Positions 8,376 through 16,616 of a stretch of DNA of 31,750 nt are shown here, piece after piece (the stretch's first letter is position 1; every line of letters begins with the position of its first letter). A program made the translations under genes and the position numbers. The stretch covers positions 12,254-44,003 of the forward strand of contig CAZUFC010000036.1 of NCBI GenBank assembly GCA_964619725.1. Direction: 5' to 3'. Origin of the DNA: an uncultured bacterium. Its GTDB lineage: Bacteria > CSSED10-310 > CAZUFC01. The notes below the pieces were generated by a model. That model was not told where the DNA came from. It saw only the letters and a program-made list of their open reading frames with translations, and ran no database searches.

Positions 8376-8806
8376 AAGAATCCTTATGATGTTTTCATTG
8401 ATTATTCGAAATGAGAAGCTTTTGTCCCAATCAACCAAAAAAGTGAAGAACCTGTATGCAGCGGCTGTTTCAAGCTGTCGCATACCGCTCTCCGGGTTAA
8501 CGCCGGAGCGCTTAGTCTCCATTATAAGAAGATTGAGATTTGAATCAATATCGTTAAGGATTTTTTTGCTTCAAAAGATGGAAAACGTTGTATCTATCTG
8601 GTTTTATTATGTTTTATTCTGACTGGAAAAGTAAAATCATGGGGATGATCGCTGTGAAATGACGGCATGCCGCGGATTTTGTTTTAAAGCCTGTTGGCGA
8701 TTCAATTTTGAGGACCTATAATATGTCTGAAAGAGTGGTTCCGATGTTTGAAAGCCGGATTTCGGAGCCGCGCTGGAGGACGTTAAGGCATGAGGATGAA
8801 GCGAAG

Positions 8807-9997
8807 ATGAAAAAAAGCGATGTTGAATTGTCTGTCGTTATAGTTAATTACAATACGGGTGATTTATTGGAAAATTGTCTTGTCAGTCTTACGAAAGAAC
8901 CTATATATAAAGATGAAATGGAAATTTTCGTGGTGGATAATGCATCATCCGACGGCAGCGACGAAGTTGAATCTCTGGCCCTGGAAAATTTGGAATTAAT
9001 CAGGAATAAAGAGAATGCCGGATTCGCACGCGCCAATAATCAGGCGCTCAAGTTATGTTCAGGACGCTTTATACTGCTCTTGAATCCGGATACGATCATC
9101 TTTCCCGGCGCTCTGACGAAAATGACCGCTTTTCTTGACTCAGAAAAGTCCATAGGGGCAGCCGGCGCCGTGACCTGGCTTGATGAAGAGAAAAGCCTGG
9201 AAGTCTGTACTTTAAAACTGCCGCGTCCGGGGTCCGCGTTCTGGGCTTTCACTCCTTTCAGAAGGCTGAAGAAGGCTGAAAAAATGCTGCAAAAATCCTG
9301 GAAGATCGATCATGAACTCTTTCTGAAAAAAAATGATGCCATAGAAACGGAAGGACTCGGAGGCGCCTGCTTCATGTTGAGACGGGAAGCGTTCCGGTCA
9401 ATAGGACTCCTGGATGAGCGGTTTTTCATGGGATATGAGGATACTGACTGGTCATATCGATTGAAAAAGGCCGGGTGGGGTACGGCTGTTCTGAGTTCCG
9501 CGGAAATTGTTCATTATTTCGGACAAAGCAAGAAAAAAAGAGCTTCTGTCGATTCCGATCTTTATCATTGGGACACGGGATTATTGCAATTCCTGAAAAA
9601 ATATTATCCGCCCTATCGTCTGGCGCCCTTTATTCTTTCCATGAAAACTGCGGATATTCTTGCAGGCATTGCCTCAAAAATAAAATACCCTCGACCCGAA
9701 AAACCGGCGATATTTCCTTCCGAACCGCAAAAAAAAATGGAATCGGTTGAAATTAAATGGCAAATTACGAACCCTGAAAATCCCCCGTACAAATACATCT
9801 TTGAACTTTCCAACAGCCCCGTGTTCTTTGATAAATTCGGCAGAGTGATCTCCGACTGGTCGATTCGTCTGCCGGCCACCCTGTTGAAAAGATTCTCCGC
9901 AGGATTGTATTACTGGCGAGTCTTCGGTTTGGCGGAAGACCTTACCGTATCCGAATCGCCTCTCGATTCAGGACTGTTAAATGTGGACGGTCGCTGA
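8807..9997 (+). CDS. glycosyltransferase family 2 (WbbL-like) with a C-terminal beta-sandwich-like extension
   Basis: LSVVIVNYN, VVDNASSDGS, NAGFARANNQ, LLLNPD, GLLDERFFMGYEDTDW, IVHYFGQS. Start at ATG 8807 (GAGGA upstream); the ORF track starts at 8708. Confidence 0.9.
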   Translation: MKKSDVELSVVIVNYNTGDLLENCLVSLTKEPIYKDEMEIFVVDNASSDGSDEVESLALENLELIRNKENAGFARANNQALKLCSGRFILLLNPDTIIFPGALTKMTAFLDSEKSIGAAGAVTWLDEEKSLEVCTLKLPRPGSAFWAFTPFRRLKKAEKMLQKSWKIDHELFLKKNDAIETEGLGGACFMLRREAFRSIGLLDERFFMGYEDTDWSYRLKKAGWGTAVLSSAEIVHYFGQSKKKRASVDSDLYHWDTGLLQFLKKYYPPYRLAPFILSMKTADILAGIASKIKYPRPEKPAIFPSEPQKKMESVEIKWQITNPENPPYKYIFELSNSPVFFDKFGRVISDWSIRLPATLLKRFSAGLYYWRVFGLAEDLTVSESPLDSGLLNVDGR

Positions 9998-10163
9998 CCC
10001 AAAAAACGGCTTCCGTCTCTCAACTCTAAACCTGCGATAAATCCTCTTCCAATAAAAAATGACTTTACTCGCCAAAGCCGCAGGAAATATCTTTGCTATC
10101 CCTGCTCACATTTTTATCGCAAATTTTTCAGTTTACAGTCAATAAACGGAAACCGTCAGCTTT

Positions 10164-10394
10164 TTAATCCATACTGTGAGGCAGCAATGCGATCTCTCTT
10201 GCTCGCTTTATGGCTCTAGCCAACTTGCGCTGATGAACCGCGCATGTCCCAGAGATTCTGCGGGGGATTATCTTTCCTCTCTCTGTGACGTAATTGGAAA
10301 GTATATCCACGTCTTTATAATCAATAAAATCCATATGATTTACGCAAAATCTGCAAACTTTACGTCTTCTAAAGCCCCGGCGTCTCCTCCTCAT
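10164..10394 (-). CDS. rpsR: 30S ribosomal protein S18 (Zn-binding C+ form)
   Basis: CRFC...[54 protein letters not shown]. Confidence 0.98.
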   Translation of the reverse strand: MRRRRRGFRRRKVCRFCVNHMDFIDYKDVDILSNYVTERGKIIPRRISGTCAVHQRKLARAIKRAREIALLPHSMD

Positions 10395-10461
10395 ACTCGT
10401 AACCTCTTTCGACTGTCTTAAAGTAACAATGAGTTATTCAGCAGTAATTTGATTTTTGCTG

Positions 10462-10692
10462 TTATTCAAGAATTTCAAGGATATAACGTTTTTTCCTTTT
10501 CATTCCAGCGTTGTTTAAAATCGTTCTGATGGCGGAGATGGTATTACCTTTTTTCCCGATGATCTTACCAATATCTTCTTCCGCTACCCTCAGTTCAAGC
10601 ACATTCGTGTGTTCGCCGCTTATTTCCGATACTTGCACACGATCCGGATTATCAACAATTTTCGTCGCTATCAATCTCACCAACTCTTGCAT
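10462..10692 (-). CDS. khpA: KH-domain RNA-binding protein KhpA (YlqC/UPF0109)
   Basis: [10 protein letters not shown]...[28 protein letters not shown] with a GxxG loop; SD AAGGAGG. Confidence 0.93.
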   Translation of the reverse strand: MQELVRLIATKIVDNPDRVQVSEISGEHTNVLELRVAEEDIGKIIGKKGNTISAIRTILNNAGMKRKKRYILEILE

Positions 10693-10747
10693 TCTTTCCT
10701 CCTTGTCGTTGTCGATTCAATTCAGCATACAATCAATCGCCGATTAG

Positions 10748-10776
10748 CTTATATCATCATAACCGGCCGATGTCAA
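10748..10776 (-). promoter_or_regulatory. sigma70 promoter for khpA-rpsR
   Basis: TTGACA-17 bp-TATAAG on the minus strand, with an extended TG motif. Confidence 0.75.
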
Positions 10777-10787
10777 CAAAATAACTC

Positions 10788-10848
10788 TAATTAGTGCCTG
10801 TCCATAAACTCGAATCTCGATTCAAAATTTAATGCTGGACAGCCACTT
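10788..10848 (+). repeat. palindromic MITE/REP-like element, family A
   Basis: TAATTAGTGCCTGTCC...GGACAGCCACTT ends; interior near-identical to 5943-6009 (reverse) and to 25773-25830. Confidence 0.85.
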
Positions 10849-10850
10849 GG

Positions 10851-10993
10851 GTTTTTGATCCATAAACGGGCGAATTTATCTTAAGTCAAGGAAGGCAAGG
10901 ATTTGCGAGTCAGGGGTATTGCTTATACGTTGACTGAGCAAATCCGCAGCCTGACGCACTATTAGGGGAAATTCGCCGTTTATGGACAAAAAC
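10851..10993. mobile_element. ~143-bp MITE-like element, family B, folding as one long imperfect hairpin
   Basis: Terminal inverted repeats GTTTTTGATCCATAAACGGGCGAATTT / AAATTCGCCGTTTATGGACAAAAAC; nested stems GTCA/TGAC, GGATTTGC/GCAAATCC, AGTCA/TGACT, GTAT/ATAC; no ORF. Confidence 0.65.
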
Positions 10994-11032
10994 TAATGAA
11001 GGCAGTAATCAAAACGGGCTAGTAAAGCAAAT

Positions 11033-14017
11033 TTAAAGCGTTTTGAGTATTCTCAACTGGATGACGGAGTTTCCTTCTCCGCCCTCTTCATTAGGAGCAT
11101 TGAACCCGTAGCCGAAATCGAACTGGACGAGGAAAGCCCAGGGACCCTGAAAGCCTCCGCCGAGACCAATGCCGAAACAATTCTTCCAATCCCCCGGATA
11201 TTCCTTGATATAAGCGTCATCAAGAAAGAGTTCAAATCTAAGGAAATCCGAAAATACCCATCCGAAGGAGCCTTTCAAAAGGCCGGCGGATTCAGCGCGT
11301 AAAGTATTGGCTCCGTAGCCGTGAATATAATTCTGGAAGAAACCGAATTGATGAGCGCTGAACCTGTCCAGATTTTTTCCTGAAAGAAACGCTCCTTCAA
11401 ATTTCAGACGCTTGAAATTCTTCATAAGGAAACTCCTGGTCACTTTGAGGCCATATTTATTGAACGAAGCGTCAGTATCGTTCAAGTCATCTTCCGGTCC
11501 CCATTCAGCCCAAGGCTCCCGGTTGTGCACCTCCGCCCAGGCTTTGGCCACGAATCCCCAACGATCGAATTCAATCGTCGCTCTGCCGATATGATCAATA
11601 TGATCCTCAGGCATTCGATAATTTTCTCCGGTATCTTCATTTTTTTGAACCGCCGAATAGGCAGCTTCATAGGTCAATTTCAATTTCCAGTCGACCTGGA
11701 AGGGCATCGCGATATTTATATTAGCCGTCAGAGGCAATATGTCCAGGGTTTCTTTTTCTCTGACTTCGCCTTCCACGAAGTATTTATCGGTCAAGGGAAC
11801 GGCGAAGGCAAGCACGTCCGAGCCGACTTCCAGTTTATTGTTCCACAGGGAGTGATTATACAGGTTCAAGGTTAACAGAGCGCCGGCGAACAGGAGATTC
11901 ATATGAGTTTTCGTATCGAAGAGGTTGAAATCGTAATAATTGAAACCAAGCAAGGGCAGGGGAAAATCCTGTGCCTGATCAGCGATAACGCCCGTCAACA
12001 GGAACTTGAGCGAATCCTCCGTATCATCCCTTAACACTCTTTTGCCTTTCTTTTTATCCAGATATCTCAATCCTTTCTCCGTATCCCTCATCATTCGGTG
12101 TGAACTCTCATATGCCATTGTTCTTTTTTCATTAAAAGGTTCGCTGTTGATTGCGTAATTGTGAAATTGGGTTTTTCTGTCCAGGACAGTATTTCTGCCT
12201 GCGGTAGTGAAAATCTGCTGTCCCGTTATCGTCGCCGGTAAAACATAGGTTTTATTCTGTGAGGTCGTGAGTCGCTTGAAACGTTCTGTTTGCCTGCTTG
12301 ATATCACGGGAGGTTCCAGGCCCAGTTGAACAGTTTTGAGTTTCAGCTTCCGATAATCATTGCGGCTGATCCATATTTTACCTTCATACAGCCTGGTCAA
12401 CGTTTCTGATACAGGTTTAAACGCAATGATCCAACAGGCCTCCCCGTCAATATCCTCCTCACCCTCCAGTGAATATTCATAATGTTCGTCCAAAGTTATA
12501 TCCAGCGGAACAGCCTGAACTTTTTCCGGCTGCAGCATGGGCAAATCCAGGCAACGGGCCCCTCTCCATCTCACACCGTCCAGGTAAAATTCTTTCTGTT
12601 CCCAATCAGCGCCCTGTCCTCTTTCATAAAAAAAAGAACCGTCTATCGCCAATTCATAACTCATTTCCAGCGCCGGTATCTTTAAGTAAAGACTCACCGT
12701 CCCATCGCAGAAATAATGCTCCAGACTCGCCTCCTGCAATGTTTCCACCGCCTGGTAACGCGTTATTATCTCCTCAGCCGTCACACGTTTTTCTCCCGCC
12801 ACTTCTACCGTGAAAGCCACCTTTTCCTCGGAAACGGCTGAGTAAGGATCGTAACGTAAAATCAGCGGAGTTCTCGAAACCGGCACATTGCGAATGAAAG
12901 CAGCGTTTAATTTATCGTCTCTGTGAAAAAACAAATCCGTCATGGTTATGTCGTTCGCCAGGTCGTATATCACAGGCGCTTCTACGTCCGACGTATCGAT
13001 AAGGCAGCGCGGAACAGTCGAATATGAACCGCTTTCATCATAATAAACCGCCAGATAATTCAACTTCTTCAGATCAAAAAATGTTTCAAATCTTACATGC
13101 TTCAATCGATTACCCTTTTCATCCAGAAAATAAAAACGCTCCTCCGGAGGTTCCTGGGGAACAATCTGCGGAGAAAAAAAACGGTTCAACCTGTCCAGAA
13201 AATCAATTCTTTCGGTCAGTCCTTCTTCTTCGATGCTCTCAGTAAATCTTTCCAGTAAAACATTAGAGCGTCGCTCATTCGCATGAAGGAACTTCTTGTA
13301 AAATTCCGTTTTTGTTTCGAAAATGAAATCCGCCAGGACCAGGAAATCTTCCGCCGCTTCTCCAGGAATACGCTCAAAGGATTCCCCTGCCTCTCCCGAT
13401 AAGTAAATCCCTTCATAGTAATTCTTGAACTCCGGCCCCATATTCATCACTCTTTCATAATGATCCTGGTCTATGTCTGCCGCGATGATTGCTTTTTCAT
13501 TGAAACCCTTCAGCAATACTGATGTTTTCTTCAAGAAAAAAAGGGCATCCCGGAGACTCAGTTCATTCGGAAAGGGAACCACATATCCGCCGGGCAAGTC
13601 GCCCCAGTATTCGACCAGCCTCTCCAGTCCATCCAGCCATGCCGATGCGTATTCTTCAACGGAAGCGCCGTTGAGATATTCCTTTCGGGTTATTTTGAAC
13701 ATCTGAAGTATCGAAAGAATCTCCCTTTCTTCCAAAAAGCGCCGGAAATCCCGGTTCATAAATGCTTCAGGTTTTCCCTCCCAAACGACAAATACCGGTT
13801 TTGACTCTTCCGACCCTTTATTGAAAATCCTATCTCTATAACTCTTTTCGAAGTATTTCGAATATTCGATAAAATTCTCTGCTTCAGCCGTAAAACCAAT
13901 ATAAGTCGTAAGATTGAGATTTATGGCGGCATTTTGGGAGTCGTCTGCCGCATCAGCAATGCCTGCAAGCGACGAAAAAAACAGCAATCCAATGCAAAAT
14001 TCCCGGAAACATCTCAT
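11033..14017 (-). CDS. large exported protein, probably outer-membrane: N-terminal alpha/beta domain, LolA/MucB-like central domain, C-terminal beta-barrel
   Basis: Signal peptide ending IADA; YEYSLEGEEDIDGEACWIIAFKP...YEGKIWIS..DY motif resembles LolA-like sorting domains; last ~330 aa show alternating aromatic/Gly strands (FGIGLGGGFQGPWAFLVQFDFGYGF). Confidence 0.65.
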   Translation of the reverse strand: MRCFREFCIGLLFFSSLAGIADAADDSQNAAINLNLTTYIGFTAEAENFIEYSKYFEKSYRDRIFNKGSEESKPVFVVWEGKPEAFMNRDFRRFLEEREILSILQMFKITRKEYLNGASVEEYASAWLDGLERLVEYWGDLPGGYVVPFPNELSLRDALFFLKKTSVLLKGFNEKAIIAADIDQDHYERVMNMGPEFKNYYEGIYLSGEAGESFERIPGEAAEDFLVLADFIFETKTEFYKKFLHANERRSNVLLERFTESIEEEGLTERIDFLDRLNRFFSPQIVPQEPPEERFYFLDEKGNRLKHVRFETFFDLKKLNYLAVYYDESGSYSTVPRCLIDTSDVEAPVIYDLANDITMTDLFFHRDDKLNAAFIRNVPVSRTPLILRYDPYSAVSEEKVAFTVEVAGEKRVTAEEIITRYQAVETLQEASLEHYFCDGTVSLYLKIPALEMSYELAIDGSFFYERGQGADWEQKEFYLDGVRWRGARCLDLPMLQPEKVQAVPLDITLDEHYEYSLEGEEDIDGEACWIIAFKPVSETLTRLYEGKIWISRNDYRKLKLKTVQLGLEPPVISSRQTERFKRLTTSQNKTYVLPATITGQQIFTTAGRNTVLDRKTQFHNYAINSEPFNEKRTMAYESSHRMMRDTEKGLRYLDKKKGKRVLRDDTEDSLKFLLTGVIADQAQDFPLPLLGFNYYDFNLFDTKTHMNLLFAGALLTLNLYNHSLWNNKLEVGSDVLAFAVPLTDKYFVEGEVREKETLDILPLTANINIAMPFQVDWKLKLTYEAAYSAVQKNEDTGENYRMPEDHIDHIGRATIEFDRWGFVAKAWAEVHNREPWAEWGPEDDLNDTDASFNKYGLKVTRSFLMKNFKRLKFEGAFLSGKNLDRFSAHQFGFFQNYIHGYGANTLRAESAGLLKGSFGWVFSDFLRFELFLDDAYIKEYPGDWKNCFGIGLGGGFQGPWAFLVQFDFGYGFNAPNEEGGEGNSVIQLRILKTL

Positions 14018-14265
14018 ATTTCACCTGTATTTTTATCGTGTAATCATCACTGAGTTTCAGTACAATTCCTTTTTATTGTTAAGACGTTACGAATCGCCGG
14101 CGCGAGTCTTCGAGCGTCCGGTGCATCCGCTTGTTATGCGGAACCCCACATAACAGGAGCTCATCACTTAAAACTCATCTCTCCTTCGCAAGACAAATCT
14201 GTTTCACGGGTCCTGAAATCATGAGCGATTCAGAAGAGTTTCGTCATTATTGCGCCGGTATCCTG

Positions 14266-15285
14266 CTATTGAAGTCCTTTCAGGTATTTGTAGTAATCGG
14301 AATCCACGCTCATGATAAGGGTAGTATCTTTAGACAGGGTGGTGTTGTAGGTTTCGAGGGTTTTATAGAAGGAGTAGAAATCCGGGTCTTTCTCGTATGC
14401 TTCAGCATATATTCTGATGGCTTGCGCATCAGCATCGCCTCTTATTTTTTCGGCTTTTTTGTAGGCTTCGGAATATATCTGCTTCAGGTCTTTTTCCCGC
14501 TTGCCTATCCAGCGCTCTTTCATGCCCTGGCCTTCGGATCTGTATTTTTCAGCAACCTGCATCCTCTCAGAAATCATTCTATCGTAAACTTTTCTTCTTA
14601 CATTTTCCACGTAATTGATTCTTTTTATCCTGACATCCACAAGGTTTATTCCATATTTGGGCATCATTTCCTCAGCCTGCTCCTGTATCAAGTCCATGAT
14701 TTCGCTTCTTCCCATTTCAATCTCTTCCGCCTCAGCATAAACCAGACCTTCTTCTTCCGTTTCCTCAACAGTTTTTTCAACTTCTTCCAGGGATTCCCCC
14801 TCATTGTCTGATTCTTCAAAGGATTTCTTTTCTTCTGAGAGGTCCGCGCTTATCAGCATGGGTCGATTGGAATTTCTGACAACCTCGATGAGCCTATAGC
14901 TCGTAATCGCGTCACGGGCGGCTGAATCGATGATATCGTCCAGTCTGGCGTGAGCGCTCCGTTTCGAGCCGACGGACTGCAGAAAGAGTAAGGGATCAAC
15001 GATGCGCCAGCGTGCGAAGGTATCAAGATAAATGAATCTTTTGTCTTTAGTGGGTATTTCGCTGGGATAACCGTCCCATTCCAGCAGCCGTTTTTCAAAC
15101 TTGTTCACCTTTTGGATAAAGGGAAGCTTAACATGCAGTCCCGGTTGATCGATGACGCCACCTACCGGTTTGCCGAACTGAGTGATGATGACCTGTTCCG
15201 TTTCGTTTACGATATAAAACGCCCCATATCCGACAATGACGACGAGGACGATAATGATCGGTATTACGGCTTTCATTGCGTTCAT
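14266..15285 (-). CDS. hflC: FtsH protease modulator HflC
   Basis: N-terminal TM; IITQFGKPV..PGLHVKLPFIQ, RWRIVDPL, DVRIKRINY, VYDRMISER, IRGDADAQA, DPDFYSFYKTLE; overlaps the hflK stop by 4 bp (ATGA). Confidence 0.97.
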   Translation of the reverse strand: MNAMKAVIPIIIVLVVIVGYGAFYIVNETEQVIITQFGKPVGGVIDQPGLHVKLPFIQKVNKFEKRLLEWDGYPSEIPTKDKRFIYLDTFARWRIVDPLLFLQSVGSKRSAHARLDDIIDSAARDAITSYRLIEVVRNSNRPMLISADLSEEKKSFEESDNEGESLEEVEKTVEETEEEGLVYAEAEEIEMGRSEIMDLIQEQAEEMMPKYGINLVDVRIKRINYVENVRRKVYDRMISERMQVAEKYRSEGQGMKERWIGKREKDLKQIYSEAYKKAEKIRGDADAQAIRIYAEAYEKDPDFYSFYKTLETYNTTLSKDTTLIMSVDSDYYKYLKGLQ

Positions 15286-16274
15286 TGCTGAGTCCCTCCT
15301 TTCTCCTTTAACTCACTCACATTCAGCAGCTTGAGCAGCCCTTCGCCGGTATCGTCCACCAATATTTTTTCGCCCATGTTCGGTATGACTTTCTGGAGAG
15401 TCTCAAGGAAAATTCTGCGTTTGGTTATATCCTGGGATTTTCTGTATTCGGTATAAATCGCTTCGAACCGTGAAGCATCGCCTTGAGAGCGGTTCACGCG
15501 GTCCAGCGCATAACCTTCCGCTGCCTGAACCATCTTGTTCGCCTCGCCTCTGGCCTTCGGTATGGCCTTATTGTAAGCCTGCTTGGCCTGGTTGATCATT
15601 TTCTCTCTTTCCTGCTTGGCCTGGTTGACTTCGTTAAACGAAGGCTTGACCGGATCGGGCGGATTAACGTCCTGAAGTTTCACAGTCAATATTTCTATCC
15701 CGGATTTATATTCATCTAAAATATCCTGCATGGACTCCTGAACAGCCACGCCGATCTCAACGCGGCCGACCGTCAATACTTCACTTACGCCTCTGTCTCC
15801 TACCACTTCCCTCATTACCGATTCGGATACGTCACGGATCGTGTCTTCCACGTTCCTGACGCGGAAAAGATAATGCACAGGGTCCTTGATTTTATACTGA
15901 ACGATCCATTCCACGTCCGTTATATTCAAATCCCCCGTCAATAATAACGATTCGTCGCTGTAATCCTTCCTGGAATAGGTCGTCTGCACTCCCGCTGAAA
16001 TTGTCCTGAAACCGAACTCCTCCTTATGAATCCGATCGACTTTTACCTTGTCCACCTTTTCAATATTGAACGGCACCAGGAAATGCAGCCCCGATTCCGT
16101 CGTCCGAACATATTTTCCCAATCTTCTTACCACTCCGACTTCATCAGGTCCCACCGTATAGAAGCTGGTAAAAATCAGAATCAAAGCGATAATCACAATA
16201 ATTATCGGCACCACCAACTTCTTTGAATTCGGGGGTAACTGAAAATCCTGCGGAGAAATGTTCTCCAAATTCAT
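15282..16274 (-). CDS. hflK: FtsH protease modulator HflK
   Basis: GVVRRLGKY, LLTGDLNITDVEWIVQYKI, LQDVNPPDPVKPSF, IPKARGEA, AEGY, GDASRF; SD AGGAGGT. Confidence 0.97.
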   Translation of the reverse strand: MNLENISPQDFQLPPNSKKLVVPIIIVIIALILIFTSFYTVGPDEVGVVRRLGKYVRTTESGLHFLVPFNIEKVDKVKVDRIHKEEFGFRTISAGVQTTYSRKDYSDESLLLTGDLNITDVEWIVQYKIKDPVHYLFRVRNVEDTIRDVSESVMREVVGDRGVSEVLTVGRVEIGVAVQESMQDILDEYKSGIEILTVKLQDVNPPDPVKPSFNEVNQAKQEREKMINQAKQAYNKAIPKARGEANKMVQAAEGYALDRVNRSQGDASRFEAIYTEYRKSQDITKRRIFLETLQKVIPNMGEKILVDDTGEGLLKLLNVSELKEKGGTQQ

Positions 16275-16549
16275 CCATACCTCCTGTTTTTGCGGTTATT
16301 GTTAATTCCACGCCTGTTTTTGCTGACTCTTCGATACTAGTGAGACCTCACGGCTTCGCCTTCATCTGCATCATGATTGCAAAAACTCGCTCATATCGTT
16401 TCTTACTGCCGGCGCCGATTAGTAATCATTAAATGCTTATACCTTCAGAAATGCGAAATCCAAAATCCCACAATTCCCCGTCATGTTATTTCAAGAAAAG
16501 AAAATTTGCAAGTTGAGCCCTGAATCGAATAATTTCAAGCCGCCGCATC

Positions 16550-16594
16550 TCCATATACTCGAATTACGACCAAAATTTTGCCGCTGGACAGGCG
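16550..16594 (+). repeat. degenerate family-A element
   Basis: TCCATATACTCGAATTACGACCAAAATTTTGCCGCTGGACAGGCG aligns with TCCATAAACTCGAATCTCGATTCAAAATTTAATGCTGGACAGCC. Confidence 0.6.
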
Positions 16595-16616
16595 TTGACC
16601 GCAGACCTGCTTTCGG

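Noticed and set aside
14131-14811. 226-aa plus-strand ORF
   Set aside because: Antisense shadow of hflC.
14710-14850. Very acidic insertion in HflC
   Set aside because: HflC proteins commonly carry a variable low-complexity loop at this position.
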